DNA of 64,000 nucleotides from Nocardioides sp. (GTDB lineage: Bacteria; Actinomycetota; Actinomycetes; Propionibacteriales; Nocardioidaceae): the NCBI GenBank assembly GCA_035707985.1, contig DASSTL010000015.1, positions 26,798 through 90,797 of the forward strand, in the 5' to 3' direction. The position numbers and the translations under genes are program-made. Under the pieces are notes generated by a model. The model searched no databases and was not told the origin of the DNA. It worked only from the letters and a program-made list of their open reading frames with translations. Positions 47,800-58,579 of the stretch are shown here, piece after piece. Each line of letters opens with the position of its first letter. The stretch's first letter is position 1.

Positions 47800-48122
47800 G
47801 TCATGGCCCTGCCGGCCAGCACGTGGAGATGTGCGTGGAACACCGTCTGTCCCGCCTCGGCCCCGGTGTTGAAGACCAGCCGGTGGCTGTCGTGGCCGGA
47901 CTCGCCGCAGACCTCGCTGGCCATCCGCACCAGCTCCGCCACCGTCTCCGGCTCGCGCTCGGCCAACGCGCCGGCGTCGGGGAGGTGGGTCCGCGGGACG
48001 ACGAGCACGTGGAGCGGGGCCTGGGGGTTCAGGTCCCGGAACGCGATGGCGCGGTCGCTCTCCGCCACGATGTCCGCCGGGATGTCACCGGCCACGATCG
48101 AGCAGAACACGCAGTCGTCCAT
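47784..48122 (-). CDS. HIT-family nucleotide-binding protein
   Basis: CVFC, FRDLNPQAP, GQTVFHAHLH. Confidence 0.93.
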   Translation of the reverse strand: MDDCVFCSIVAGDIPADIVAESDRAIAFRDLNPQAPLHVLVVPRTHLPDAGALAEREPETVAELVRMASEVCGESGHDSHRLVFNTGAEAGQTVFHAHLHVLAGRAMTWPPG

Positions 48123-48220
48123 GTCGTCATGGTGTCACGCCACGCGACGACTCCCGCAGTAAACCTCGGGCAGGCCCCGGACGTGCTACTACCGTGATCG
48201 GACATGCGGAGGTCCCGCTG

Positions 48221-48757
48221 ATGGCTCCCCGGAGTCAGGCGTCCGGCTGGAGCGCGGATGAGGCGCTCGAGATGCTCTACGCCGCGCACTGGCGCCGGCT
48301 GGTCCGCCTCGCCGTTCTCCTCGTGCACGACCTCGGCACCGCGGAGGAGATCGTGCAGGAGTGCTTCGTCGCCGTGCACGGCCGGTGGAGCCGCCTCGAG
48401 GACCCCGACAAGGCCCTCGCCTACCTGCGACAGAGCGTGGTCAACCGTTCCCGGTCCCATCTTCGGCACCTCTCCGTCGTGCGTCGCCACGCCGAGCGCG
48501 AGCAGCCCCTCGAGCCCGTCCCCGGCGCCGACCACCCGGCGTACGAGCTGGCCCGGAGGACCGCGGTCCTGGCGGCCCTGCGCGCGCTGCCACGCCGGCA
48601 GCGCGAGGTGCTCGCCCTGCGTTACTACCTGGACCTCTCCGAAGCCGAGATCGCCGACACGCTCGGGATCAGCCGGGGCGCCGTCAAGAGCCACGCCTCG
48701 CGCGGAGCCGCCGCGTTGCGCGAGCGGCTGGGCGAGGTCCTCGAGGAGTCCCGATGA
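48221..48757 (+). CDS. ECF sigma factor (SigE-family)
   Basis: AEEIVQECF, AYLRQSVVN, LPRRQREVLALRYY..LSEAEIA..LGISRGAVKS. Confidence 0.9.
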   Translation: MAPRSQASGWSADEALEMLYAAHWRRLVRLAVLLVHDLGTAEEIVQECFVAVHGRWSRLEDPDKALAYLRQSVVNRSRSHLRHLSVVRRHAEREQPLEPVPGADHPAYELARRTAVLAALRALPRRQREVLALRYYLDLSEAEIADTLGISRGAVKSHASRGAAALRERLGEVLEESR

Positions 48758-49788
48758 ACGACGACCAGCTGAGCCGGCTGCTGAAGGACGCGGTCTCCGA
48801 CATCGAGCCCGCCGACCGCATCGAGGAACTGCGCGCCTCCGTGCGCCCGAGGGGTCGCATCGTGCACCTGCTGCACGCACGCCCGTGGTACGCCGCCGCC
48901 GGGATCGTCGCCGCCGTGATCTGCCTCGTGGCCACCATCACCACCGTCGCGAGCAACAACTCCGCGGACCCCGGGTTCGCCGGACCGCCCGGGTCGACCC
49001 GGCCGACGGTCATCGCCACCGACACGGCCGTCCCGACCGAGTCGCCGACGGGTGAGACCAGGACGTACGCCGTCTACTACATCGGCACGAGCCCGCAGGA
49101 CAAGCCGGTCCTGTACCGAGAGTTCCATCGCGGCTCCGCGGCGGCGTCCCCCACCCGGCTCGCGATCGACGGGCTCGAGTCGCGCCCGCTCGACCCGGAC
49201 TACGTCACGCCGTGGCGGCCGCGGGACATCGTGGAGGTCAAGCCCGATCTCGCGCGCGACGTCGTCTACGTGAGCCTGGGGCACGACCGCCTCGAGGACC
49301 GGCCCGCGAGCATGTCGCCGGCGTACGCCCGCGCGGCCGTCCAGCAGGTCGTCTACACGGTCCAGGCGGCGGTCGGGAAGCGCCTTCCCGTGCAGTTCCT
49401 GATCGCAGGAGTGCCGGCCGCGACCGTGCTCGGCATCCCGGCGACCGAGCCCATCCCGCAGCGCAACGTGCTGCAGACGCTCTCGCTGATGAGCATCTCC
49501 GACCCCAACGAGGGCGAGACCGTGTCGGGCAAGCTGCGAGTCAGGGGTGTCAACAACGGCTTCGAAGGCAACGTCGTCGTCCACCTCGAGCGAGGGGGCA
49601 CGAGCTATCTCCAGAAGGCCACGATCGGCGGCTGGGGCGAGGGCAGGCTCTTCCCGTGGCAGGTCACGCTCGACGTCTCCGGGTTGGAGCCCGGGACCTA
49701 CACGCTGGTCGCCTCGAACGACGACCCGTCCGGTGGCCAGGAAGGGTTCGGTCCGGCGACCGACACCCGCACGATCGTGGTCAAGTAG
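48754..49788 (+). CDS. Membrane protein with GerMN and Gmad2 Ig-like domains (probable sigma partner)
   Basis: ATGA-coupled to the sigma gene; one TM; LYREF, AVQQVVYTVQ, GFEGNV. Confidence 0.75.
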   Translation: MNDDQLSRLLKDAVSDIEPADRIEELRASVRPRGRIVHLLHARPWYAAAGIVAAVICLVATITTVASNNSADPGFAGPPGSTRPTVIATDTAVPTESPTGETRTYAVYYIGTSPQDKPVLYREFHRGSAAASPTRLAIDGLESRPLDPDYVTPWRPRDIVEVKPDLARDVVYVSLGHDRLEDRPASMSPAYARAAVQQVVYTVQAAVGKRLPVQFLIAGVPAATVLGIPATEPIPQRNVLQTLSLMSISDPNEGETVSGKLRVRGVNNGFEGNVVVHLERGGTSYLQKATIGGWGEGRLFPWQVTLDVSGLEPGTYTLVASNDDPSGGQEGFGPATDTRTIVVK

Positions 49789-49801
49789 CGGCGTCAGGTA
49801 G

Positions 49802-50542
49802 TCACGCCCAGCGCGCCGTCCGCGACAGCACGGCGGCCACGGACGCGACGCCGGCCGTCGACGTCCGCAGCACCTCGGCACCCAGGCGTACGGCGCTCGC
49901 GCCGGCCCCCGTCAACGTCGCCAGCTCCTCCTCGGTGAGCCCGCCCTCGGGGCCGACCACGACCACGACCGGGCCCTCGGCCGGGACGGAGACGTCGGCG
50001 AGCACCTCGTGCGCTCCCTCGTGCAGCAGCAGCGCCAGGGACGCCTCGGCGACCAGCCCCGCGACGTCTGGGGTCGTGGCCAGCCCGGCGACCTCCGGGA
50101 ACCACGCCCGACGCGCCTGCTTGGCCGCCTCACGCGCGGTCGCGCGCCAGCGCGCCAGACCCTTGTCGACCCGCTCGCCCCGCCACACGGCCACGGAGCG
50201 GGACGCCGCCCACGGCACGATCGTGCCCGCCCCGATCTCGGTCAGCAGCTCGACCGCGAGCTCGCCGCGATCGCCCTTCGGCAGGGCCTGGACGACGACG
50301 ACGCGCGGCGCCGGCTCCGGCACCCGGTCCACGGTCTCGGTCGACACCGTCAGCCGGCGCTTGCCCGTGTCGGCCACGGACCCGACCACGGTCGTGCCGC
50401 GTCCGTCGGTCAGCGCGACCTGCTCCCCCACACGCAGCCGACGCACGGCCACGGCGTGATGCGCCTCGTCACCCTCCACGGTCACCGGATCGCCGGGGCG
50501 CACGCCGTCCAGCGACTCGACCCAGTGGACCGGGAGCGTCAT
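49802..50542 (-). CDS. rsmE: 16S rRNA m3U1498 methyltransferase
   Basis: EAHHAVAVRR, EAAKQARR, VGPEGGL, LRTSTAG. Confidence 0.95.
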   Translation of the reverse strand: MTLPVHWVESLDGVRPGDPVTVEGDEAHHAVAVRRLRVGEQVALTDGRGTTVVGSVADTGKRRLTVSTETVDRVPEPAPRVVVVQALPKGDRGELAVELLTEIGAGTIVPWAASRSVAVWRGERVDKGLARWRATAREAAKQARRAWFPEVAGLATTPDVAGLVAEASLALLLHEGAHEVLADVSVPAEGPVVVVVGPEGGLTEEELATLTGAGASAVRLGAEVLRTSTAGVASVAAVLSRTARWA

Positions 50543-51714
50543 CAGTGGCCGTTGAAGGCGTCGCGGATGCGCCCGAACACCGAGCCGGAGGACTTCGTCT
50601 GGCCGATCCGGCCGTCGGGCTTCTCCTCACCGCGGATGGCGGCGAGCTCCCGCAGGAGCTCCTCCTGGCGGGGGTCGAGCCGCGTCGGCGTCTCGACCAC
50701 GACAGTCACGACCAGGTCGCCGCGCCCTCCACGGAGCCCCGGCACGCCGCGCCCGCGGTAAGTGAGCTGGGTGCCGGACTGGGTGCCGGGCTTCACCTCC
50801 ACCTGGAACGACGTCTCCACGCCGCTGTCAGCGCCCGCCTCGAGGTCCGCCTCGAGGGTGGGCAACGTCAGGGTCGTACCGAGCGCGGCGGCCGTCATCG
50901 GCACTGACACCGTGCAGTGCAGCGTGGTGCCGTCGCGGGTGAAGACGTGGTGCGGAGTGACGTACACCTCGACGTACAGGTCGCCCGCCGGGCCCCCACC
51001 GGAGCCGACCTCGCCCTGGCCGGCCAGCTGCACGCGCGTGCCGGTGTCGACGCCCGCCGGGATCTTGACCGTGATCGTGCGACGCGCGCGGACCCGGCCG
51101 TCGCCCGAGCACTCGCGACAGGGGTCGGGGATCAGCGTGCCGTAGCCGCGGCAGGCCGAGCACGGGCGCAGGGTGCGGATCTCGCCGAGGAACGACCGCT
51201 GGACGTGAGCCACCTCGCCGGCGCCGTGGCAGGTCTCGCACGGCACCGGGTGGGTGCCGGGTGCGGTGCCCTCGCCGTTGCAGGTCGTGCAGAGCACGGC
51301 GGTGTCGACCTTGAGCTCGCGCGTCACCCCGAACGCCGCCTCGGCCAGCGACACCTCCATCTGGATCAGGGCGTCCTGGCCGCGGTGCACACGCGGCCGC
51401 GGGCCGCGACCCTGGGCACCCGGCCCCTGGCCGCCGAAGAAGGCGTCCATGATGTCGGTGAACGAGAAGCCGGCCCCGAAACCGCCGGCCCCGCCGAACA
51501 CGTCGCCACCCCGGTCGTACGCAGCCCGCTTCTGCGGGTCGCTCAGGATCTCGTAGGCGCGCGACACCTCCTTGAACCTCTCCTGGGTCTCCGGGTCGGG
51601 GTTCACGTCGGGGTGGAGCTGTCGCGCCAGCCGGCGGTAGGCCTTCTTGATCGTGTCGGTGTCGGCGTCGCGGGGGACGCCGAGCACGGCGTACAGATCG
51701 GGATCGGGTGTCAT
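50542..51714 (-). CDS. dnaJ: Molecular chaperone DnaJ (dnaJ2)
   Basis: HPD motif; four CxxCxGxG repeats. Confidence 0.97.
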   Translation of the reverse strand: MTPDPDLYAVLGVPRDADTDTIKKAYRRLARQLHPDVNPDPETQERFKEVSRAYEILSDPQKRAAYDRGGDVFGGAGGFGAGFSFTDIMDAFFGGQGPGAQGRGPRPRVHRGQDALIQMEVSLAEAAFGVTRELKVDTAVLCTTCNGEGTAPGTHPVPCETCHGAGEVAHVQRSFLGEIRTLRPCSACRGYGTLIPDPCRECSGDGRVRARRTITVKIPAGVDTGTRVQLAGQGEVGSGGGPAGDLYVEVYVTPHHVFTRDGTTLHCTVSVPMTAAALGTTLTLPTLEADLEAGADSGVETSFQVEVKPGTQSGTQLTYRGRGVPGLRGGRGDLVVTVVVETPTRLDPRQEELLRELAAIRGEEKPDGRIGQTKSSGSVFGRIRDAFNGH

Positions 51715-51728
51715 GTGACGGAGAGCTC

Positions 51729-52742
51729 CTAGGCCTCGTCGAGGATGCGGGAGACATAGCGGGCGACCGCGCGCACCGCCGCCATCGTCCCGGGGTAGTC
51801 CATGCGGGTGGGTCCGACCACGCCGAGGTTGGCCACGGCTTCGTCACCGGGCCCGTAGCCGGTGGACACCACGCTGGTGGTCGCGAACTGCTGGTAGGGA
51901 CCCTCGTGACCGATCCGCACGGTGACCGTGCCTCCGGTCTGGGCCTCCCCCAGCAGCTTGAGCAGGACGACGTGCTCCTCGAGTGCCTCGAGCAGTGGCC
52001 GCACGGAGACCTCGAAGTTGTCTCCGAAGCGCGCCAGGTTGGCCGCACCCCCGACGGCGACCCGTTCGGAGGAGCGGTGGTCCGACATCGCCTCGATCAG
52101 CGCCTCCACGACGGCGCTCTGGACACCACCGTCGTCGGGGATGTCGAGAGAGCGCAGCGACGCGCCGGCGTCCGCGATCACACGTCCGTCCATGGCGGCG
52201 GCCAAGCGGCTGCGCAGCGCGGCGACGTCGTCCTGGGTGACCGGCTGGGAGACCTCCACCAGTCGCTGCTCGACCCGACCGGTGCTGAGGATCAGCACGA
52301 TCAGCAGCCGGGTCGGCGCGAGGTCGACGATGTCGAGATGGCGGATGGTCGACTTCGACAGCGTCGGGTACTGGACCAGGGCGACCTGGTGGGTGAGCTG
52401 GGCGAGCAGCCGCACGGAGCGCTGCACGACGTCGTCCAGGTCCAGAGCGCCGTCGAGGATCGTGGCGATCGCGCGGCGCTCGGCGGAGCTCATCGGCTTG
52501 ATCGTCGTCAGCCGGTCGACGAAGAGCCGATACCCCTTGTCGGTCGGGATCCGGCCGGCACTGGTGTGGGGCTGGGTGATCAGCCCCTCTTCCTCGAGTG
52601 CGGCCATGTCGTTGCGCACGGTCGCGGGCGAGACGCCCAGCCCGTGCCGCTCGACCAGCGCCTTGGACCCGACCGGCTCCTGGGTGGAGACATAGTCCTC
52701 GACGATGGCCCGGAGGACGGCCAGGCGGCGTTCGTCCTGCAT
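51729..52742 (-). CDS. hrcA: Heat-inducible transcription repressor HrcA
   Basis: [36 protein letters not shown]. Confidence 0.97.
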   Translation of the reverse strand: MQDERRLAVLRAIVEDYVSTQEPVGSKALVERHGLGVSPATVRNDMAALEEEGLITQPHTSAGRIPTDKGYRLFVDRLTTIKPMSSAERRAIATILDGALDLDDVVQRSVRLLAQLTHQVALVQYPTLSKSTIRHLDIVDLAPTRLLIVLILSTGRVEQRLVEVSQPVTQDDVAALRSRLAAAMDGRVIADAGASLRSLDIPDDGGVQSAVVEALIEAMSDHRSSERVAVGGAANLARFGDNFEVSVRPLLEALEEHVVLLKLLGEAQTGGTVTVRIGHEGPYQQFATTSVVSTGYGPGDEAVANLGVVGPTRMDYPGTMAAVRAVARYVSRILDEA

Positions 52743-52785
52743 CGCCACCTCCTCCTCGACTCGCAACCGACGGTGCCCGGGCGCG

Positions 52786-52812
52786 CTGGCACTCGTCGCC
52801 CGGGAGTGCCAA
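52786..52812. promoter_or_regulatory. CIRCE element (HrcA operator)
   Basis: CTGGCACTC-N9-GAGTGCCAA directly upstream of hrcA. Confidence 0.9.
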
Positions 52813-52858
52813 CATTACTCCAGCGCGCCAGCCGGGCCGGAGAACCTAGGCTCGGCCC

Positions 52859-53710
52859 ATGCCGGGATTTCGCGAGGTGGCCGACCGGGTCTGGGTGGCC
52901 CGCCAGGAGTGGTACGACCTCAACGTCTCCCTGGTCCGCGGCTCGGCCGGACTGCTCGTCGTCGACACCCAGGCGTCGGCGCGAGCCGCCCACCGGATCG
53001 CCGAGGAGGTCCGCGAGCTGGGCATCGGCGAGGTGACCGCGATCGTCAACACCCACGAGCACTTCGACCACACCTTCGGCAACGGCGCGTTCCGTGAGGA
53101 GTTCGGTCAGGTGCCGATCCACGCCCACGAGGTCGCGGCCGACCGCACGGTGTACGCCGGGGAGCAGATCAAGCAGCGGTTCGAGATCGACTGGGACGAC
53201 CCGTACCGCGGGGACGTGCTGGAGACCGAGATCGTCCCCGCGGACCAGACCTTCTCGTCGGTGCGCGTGCTCGACCTCGGGGACCGCCAGGTCGAGCTGG
53301 CCCATCCCGGGCGCGGGCACACTGCCGGCGACGCGGTCGTGCGCGTCCCCGACGCCGACATCGTGCTCGCCGGCGACCTCGTCGAGGAGAGCGGCCCACC
53401 GGCGTACGGCGTGGACTGCCACCCGCTCGACTGGCCGGGGACGCTCGACGTGGTGCTCAACCTGATGGCGGGCGACACCGTCGTCGTGCCGGGCCACGGC
53501 GCGATCGTCGACCGCGACTTCGTGGAGCAGCAGCGCCAGGACATCGCGATCACGGCGCAGACGATCCGCGACCTCGCGGGCAGCGGCGTGCCGGTGGAGC
53601 GGGCCCTCGCGGAGGGCGAGTGGCCGTTCCCCCGCGCCGCCCTCGAGCACGCCGTGACCCGGGGGTACGAGCAGCTGCCACCGGGCGGTCGCAGCCTGCC
53701 GCTGGCCTGA
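52859..53710 (+). CDS. MBL-fold metallo-hydrolase
   Basis: NTHEHFDHTFGN, GHT.GD, AGDL, PGHG. Confidence 0.9.
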   Translation: MPGFREVADRVWVARQEWYDLNVSLVRGSAGLLVVDTQASARAAHRIAEEVRELGIGEVTAIVNTHEHFDHTFGNGAFREEFGQVPIHAHEVAADRTVYAGEQIKQRFEIDWDDPYRGDVLETEIVPADQTFSSVRVLDLGDRQVELAHPGRGHTAGDAVVRVPDADIVLAGDLVEESGPPAYGVDCHPLDWPGTLDVVLNLMAGDTVVVPGHGAIVDRDFVEQQRQDIAITAQTIRDLAGSGVPVERALAEGEWPFPRAALEHAVTRGYEQLPPGGRSLPLA

Positions 53711-53765
53711 CCCGACCTCGGCGCGCCTGGTCGGTGGTCGCCGGCGCGGCTCCTAGCGTGGGCAG

Positions 53766-54617
53766 GTGACCCGCGACCGCTACGGATCCGACGTCCTCGC
53801 CTCCGACTGGAAGGCCCCCGCACGTGGCCGCGCGACGCCGGCCGAGGCGACACCTGGGCTGGTCGTCGAGGAGGTCATGACCGACTTCTGCGGCGAGATC
53901 GTCGCGGTGGACCGCGACCTCGGCACGCTCACCCTCGAGGACCGGCGCGGCCGGCGGCGCGCCTTCCCGCTCGGCCCGGGCTTCCTGCTCGAGGGACGTC
54001 CGGTCATCCTCTCCGCCCCGGTGACGAGGCCGGCGCCGGCGGCCGCGCGGCGTACCGCCTCGGGCTCGGTGGCCGTCCACGGCGCGCGCGCCCGGGTGGC
54101 TCGGGAGAGCCGGATCTTCGTCGAGGGCCGGCACGACGCCGAGCTCGTCGAGAAGGTCTGGGGTGACGACCTGCGGGTGGAGGGCGTCGTCGTGGAGTAC
54201 CTCGGCGGCGTCGACGACCTGGTCGCCGCGCTGAACGACTTCCGGCCGGGTCCCGGACGTCGGGTGGGCGTCCTCGTCGACCACCTCGTCCCCGGCTCGA
54301 AGGAGAGCCGGATCGCCGACGAGGTGCACCGCTCCCCCGTGGGCGAGCACGTGCTGGTCGTCGGCCACCCGTTCGTGGACGTCTGGGCCGGGGTCAAGCC
54401 CGAGCGTCTCGGGCTGCGGGCCTGGCCCGAGGTGCCGCGTGACGTCGAGTGGAAGCACGGCGTCTGTGCCGCCCTGGGCTGGCCGCACGCCGACCAGGCC
54501 GACATCGCTCGCGCCTGGCAGCAGATCCTCAGTCGGGTCACGTCGTACGCCGACTGCGAGCCGGCGCTGCTGGGACGTGTCGAGGAGCTGATCGACTTCG
54601 TGACGCAGCCCGACTGA
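53766..54617 (+). CDS. DUF3097 family protein (Toprim-like)
   Basis: RYGSDVL, RTASGS, VEGRHDAELVEKVWGDDLR, LVDHLV. Confidence 0.85.
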   Translation: MTRDRYGSDVLASDWKAPARGRATPAEATPGLVVEEVMTDFCGEIVAVDRDLGTLTLEDRRGRRRAFPLGPGFLLEGRPVILSAPVTRPAPAAARRTASGSVAVHGARARVARESRIFVEGRHDAELVEKVWGDDLRVEGVVVEYLGGVDDLVAALNDFRPGPGRRVGVLVDHLVPGSKESRIADEVHRSPVGEHVLVVGHPFVDVWAGVKPERLGLRAWPEVPRDVEWKHGVCAALGWPHADQADIARAWQQILSRVTSYADCEPALLGRVEELIDFVTQPD

Positions 54618-54648
54618 GCGCGGCCGGACGCCTGTCTACGCTCCTCCC

Positions 54649-56064
54649 ATGCGCGCGCCTGCCCACGTCCTCGCGCGTGCGCGCACCGCGCTCCCCTGGC
54701 TGGTGCTGGCCGGGATCCTGGTGTCCCTGCTCGCCAACACCGCCATGCCGCTGACCAACACCGACACGTACTTCCACCTCCGCTTCGGGCACGAGTTCCT
54801 CCATGGCTGGTCGCTGCGTCACCCCGGGAGCGTGAGCACGTTCGCCACCGCCGACTGGGTGCCGACCCAGTGGCTGTCCGAGGTGGTGATGGCCAAGACG
54901 GAGGACTGGCTGGGCCTCGCCGGGGTCGCCTGGCTCTCGGGGCTGCTCCAGATGCTGCTCTTCGTCGGGGTGTACGCCGTCGTCCGCGAGCGCTCCGCCC
55001 CGCTGGTGGCGATGCCGGTCACGGCGCTGGCCCTCCTCGCGATGCAGAACGGCCTGTCGATGCGGCCGCAGGTCGTCAGCTACCTCCTGACCGCCCTGGT
55101 CACGGCCGCCTGGCTCCGCACCCGCGACGACCATCGGATGCGGGTCTGGCTGGTACCCCTGGTCTGGCTCTGGGCGATGCTGCACGGGATGTGGCCGGTC
55201 GCCCTGCTGGTCGGTGCGGTCACGACCGTCGGCCTCGCCCTCGACCGTGCGCCCGGCCGGGTCGTGGCCCGCTCGAGCGGGCTCGTGGTCGCCTGCGCCG
55301 TCGCTGCCGCGGCGACGCCGGTCGGGCCGTCGCTGTACGGCGGTGTGGTGGCCGTCGGCGACCGTGCCTCGTACTTCGCGGAGTGGCTGCCGCCGGACTG
55401 GGTCACCTGGCGCTCCGCGTCCTTCGCGGCGCTGCTCGCGGCGACGCTGGTCGGGTTGTGGGTGCGCGGCCGCAACTCGTGGACCGAGACCCTGCTGATC
55501 ACCCTGGCCGGCCTGTTCGCGGCGTACTCCGTGCGGACGGTGCCGGTCGGCGCGGCGGTGCTCGCGCCTCTCGCCGCCGCCCCCTTGCAGTCCCTCCTGG
55601 GCCGGCGTACGCCCGTGACGCGGCGGGAGCGGCGGGCGGTCCTGGGAGGCACCGCCGCCGCGCTGGCCGTCCTCGCGCTGGCGGTGCCGTACACGTCGGA
55701 CAAGCCGTTGTCCGAGCCGGCATGGGCCGACCGCGAGCTCGGCGCGATGCCTCCGGGCACGAAGGTGCTCAACGACTGGGCGCTGGGCGGCTACCTGATG
55801 TGGCGCTACCCGCAGCTCGACCTGGTCATGCACGGGTACGGCGACACCTTCACGACGGCCGAGCTGACCCGGAACAACGACCTCCTCTCGACCCGTCCGG
55901 GCTGGCAGCAGGACCTGCGGCACCTCGGGGTGCGCGTCGCGGTGCTGCGGCCGAACACGGCGCTGGCGATCCAGCTCGCCACCACCCAAGGCTGGCGCGT
56001 GGTCGAGCGGTCCGGCGACCTGGAGCTGCTCGAGGCTCCGGCGGGATGGCCGTCAGGCGGCTGA
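54649..56064 (+). CDS. Polytopic membrane protein (GT-C glycosyltransferase-like)
   Basis: DTYFHLRFG first loop, QWLSEV, RPQ, WAMLHG, EW.PP, GGYLMW; many TM segments. Confidence 0.6.
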   Translation: MRAPAHVLARARTALPWLVLAGILVSLLANTAMPLTNTDTYFHLRFGHEFLHGWSLRHPGSVSTFATADWVPTQWLSEVVMAKTEDWLGLAGVAWLSGLLQMLLFVGVYAVVRERSAPLVAMPVTALALLAMQNGLSMRPQVVSYLLTALVTAAWLRTRDDHRMRVWLVPLVWLWAMLHGMWPVALLVGAVTTVGLALDRAPGRVVARSSGLVVACAVAAAATPVGPSLYGGVVAVGDRASYFAEWLPPDWVTWRSASFAALLAATLVGLWVRGRNSWTETLLITLAGLFAAYSVRTVPVGAAVLAPLAAAPLQSLLGRRTPVTRRERRAVLGGTAAALAVLALAVPYTSDKPLSEPAWADRELGAMPPGTKVLNDWALGGYLMWRYPQLDLVMHGYGDTFTTAELTRNNDLLSTRPGWQQDLRHLGVRVAVLRPNTALAIQLATTQGWRVVERSGDLELLEAPAGWPSGG

Positions 56065-57081
56065 GGCGGCGACCCACCGGTCGAGCAAACCCGCGGCCGC
56101 CCCCGAGTCGACTGCCTGCGCGGCCTTGGCGTAGGCCGTCGGCAACGACGCCTCGACGGTCCCGCCCGGCTCGTCGTACACGGCCAGGGCCGCAGCCGCG
56201 TTGAGCAGGACGGCGTCGCGCACGGCTCCCTGCTCGCCGTCGAGCACACGGCGTACGACGGCCGCGTTGTGCTCGGCGTCGCCGCCGCGGAGGTCCTCGG
56301 GCCGCGCCTGCGCGATCCCGACCATCGCCGGGTCGATCTGCGCCTGACTGACGACACCGTCGTGGACGAGCCACACCTGTGAGGTCGTGGTCGTCGTCAG
56401 CTCGTCGAGTCCGTCGTCACCGCGGAAGACCCAGGCGTCGGTGCCGCGCCGGGCGAGGACGCCGGCCATGATCGGGGCCATCCGGGCGTCGGCGCAGCCG
56501 ACGGCCTGGGCGGCCGGTTTCACCGGGTTGGCGAGCGGGCCCAGGATGTTGAACGTCGTCGGGATGGCCAGCTCTCGACGCGGACCGGCCGCGTGCCGCA
56601 TCGCCGGGTGGAAGGCCGCGGCGAAGCAGAAGGTGATGCCGACCTCCTCGGCGAGCCTGGCCACCCGGTCGGGACGCAGGTCGAGGCGGATGCCCAGGGC
56701 CTCGAGCACGTCGGCCGACCCCGCCTGCGAGGAGGCGGAACGGTTGCCGTGCTTGACCACCCGGGCACCGGCCGCAGCCGCGACGATCGCCGCCATCGTG
56801 GAGATGTTCACGCTCATCGACCGGTCGCCGCCGGTGCCGACCACGTCGAGCGCCCGTCCCGGGACCACGAGGGGCGTGGAGACGGCGTACATCGCGTCGA
56901 GGAGGCCGGTGACCTCGTCGATGGTCTCGCCCTTGCTGCGCAGGGCCACCGCGAAGCCGGCGATCTGGGCGGGCGTGGCCGCCTCGGCCAGGATCTCGCC
57001 CATCGCCCAGGCGGCCTGGTCCTCGGTGAGGTCGGCGCCCTGGACCAGGGAGCCGAGGACCTCGCTCCAGGTGGTGGACAC
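56053..57081 (-). CDS. trpD: Anthranilate phosphoribosyltransferase
   Basis: VVGTGGD, NIST, KHGNR, GSADVLE, GLDE. Confidence 0.96.
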   Translation of the reverse strand: MSTTWSEVLGSLVQGADLTEDQAAWAMGEILAEAATPAQIAGFAVALRSKGETIDEVTGLLDAMYAVSTPLVVPGRALDVVGTGGDRSMSVNISTMAAIVAAAAGARVVKHGNRSASSQAGSADVLEALGIRLDLRPDRVARLAEEVGITFCFAAAFHPAMRHAAGPRRELAIPTTFNILGPLANPVKPAAQAVGCADARMAPIMAGVLARRGTDAWVFRGDDGLDELTTTTTSQVWLVHDGVVSQAQIDPAMVGIAQARPEDLRGGDAEHNAAVVRRVLDGEQGAVRDAVLLNAAAALAVYDEPGGTVEASLPTAYAKAAQAVDSGAAAGLLDRWVAASAA

Positions 57082-57085
57082 GAGG

Positions 57086-57517
57086 TCAGCCGGCGGTGCC
57101 GGTGGCCGTGGGCGTGGCGGGGACCCGCGGCCGAAGCAGCTCGGTGACGGCCTCGGCGAGCCGGATCGGGTCGATCGGGTGCGGCACGACCGCCTCGGCG
57201 CGCGACCAGGCGGCCAGCCAGGCGTCCTGCGGTCGACCGATCAGCACGAGGATCGGCGGGCAGCGGTAGATCTCGTCCTTGAGCTGCTTGGCGATGCCCA
57301 TGCCACCGGCCGGGACGGCCTCACCGTCGAGGATCGCGAGGTCGATGCCGCCGGCGTCCATGTTCGAGATCACGACCGGCTCGGTGGCGACCTCGACGTA
57401 CTCCAGCTGCGGGAGGTCGGGGTGCGGGCGGCGCCCGAGGGCGAGGATCACCTGCTGGCGCACGTCGACGTCGTCGCTGTAGACGAGGACGCGCAGCTTG
57501 GCCTTCGAGTCCGTCAC
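57086..57517 (-). CDS. Stand-alone receiver-domain protein (Rv3143-like)
   Basis: VLVYSDD, ILDGEAVPAGGMGIAKQLKDE, DAWLAAWSRA. Confidence 0.8.
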   Translation of the reverse strand: MTDSKAKLRVLVYSDDVDVRQQVILALGRRPHPDLPQLEYVEVATEPVVISNMDAGGIDLAILDGEAVPAGGMGIAKQLKDEIYRCPPILVLIGRPQDAWLAAWSRAEAVVPHPIDPIRLAEAVTELLRPRVPATPTATGTAG

Positions 57518-57527
57518 GGGCAGAAGG

Positions 57528-58481
57528 CTACCGTCCGTCGGCAGCCCGGGCGGCCCGGGCCTCACGGGCTTCTCGGGCCTCGAGCAGGTCGAGCCGGCGG
57601 TCCTCGCGCCGGGCTTCGGCCATGGACGCGCGCACCCACTGGGCGAACAGCACCGCGAAGAACAACAGGCCGATCAGGTCGCCCGTGCTCCAGAGGATGC
57701 CGCCGGCGAGGTGCTGGTCGGACATCGGGTCCGGGAGCCACGTCCCCATCGGTCCCTCGTGGAGCTCGGGGTACCAGTCGCCGCCGATGAGCGTGTCCTG
57801 GGACATGATCGTGACGCCCATGAACGCGTGGAACGGCAAGGTCAGCACCAGCAGCACGAGCCGGAAGGGATAGCTCACGCGCCCCGGGATCGGGTCGATG
57901 CCGACGATCGGCCAGAAGAAGAGACACCCCACGAGCACCATGTGGAAGTGCGTCATCTCGTGGAGGTACTCCGAGTGGAGCGTCGCGGCGTACCAGCCGC
58001 TGAAGTAGAGCGCCCACGGCGTGACGATGAACAGCGTGAACGTCAGCGGGGGGAACGACAGCACCTTCGCCACCCGGGAGTGCAGCACGGCGAGCAGCCA
58101 GCGACGCGGTCGGCGCGGCAGGGTCCGCAGGGCGAGCGTGATGGGAGCCCCGAGCGCCATCGCCAGCGGGACGACCATCGACAGGATCATGTGCTGGACC
58201 ATGTGATCGCTGAGCAGCGTGTCGTCGTAGGTCCCGATTCCCGAGACCGTGGCCATCGCCGCTGCCACCATGGCGACCAGGAACGCCGCGGTCCGACCCC
58301 ACGGCCAGCGGTCGCCGCGGCTGCGCATCCGCAGGACTCCCCAGAGGTAGAGGGCCGTCGTCAGCAGGATCACCACGCTCGCCCAGGACACCAGCTCCCA
58401 CTGGGTGAAGACGGCGCCGAGCGTGAACCGCGGGAGCGCCTCCTCGTGGCCTCCGGCGCCGTGCATCACGGGTGGGATCAC
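57528..58481 (-). CDS. Cytochrome c oxidase assembly protein (CtaG family)
   Basis: RWPWGR, HMVQHMILSM, APITLALR, PFHAF, DQHLAGGILW. Confidence 0.88.
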   Translation of the reverse strand: MIPPVMHGAGGHEEALPRFTLGAVFTQWELVSWASVVILLTTALYLWGVLRMRSRGDRWPWGRTAAFLVAMVAAAMATVSGIGTYDDTLLSDHMVQHMILSMVVPLAMALGAPITLALRTLPRRPRRWLLAVLHSRVAKVLSFPPLTFTLFIVTPWALYFSGWYAATLHSEYLHEMTHFHMVLVGCLFFWPIVGIDPIPGRVSYPFRLVLLVLTLPFHAFMGVTIMSQDTLIGGDWYPELHEGPMGTWLPDPMSDQHLAGGILWSTGDLIGLLFFAVLFAQWVRASMAEARREDRRLDLLEAREAREARAARAADGR

Positions 58482-58579
58482 GCCTGTGACAATAGGCCGG
58501 GACGGGTGGCCGGAAACAACTCGCCGCCGCCAGGGGGTCGGGGTGCCCGGTTCGGACGGGTGAGGACATAATGACGTCC

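Noticed and set aside
52859-53710. Metallo-beta-lactamase resistance gene
   Set aside because: No signal peptide; generic cytoplasmic MBL-fold hydrolase
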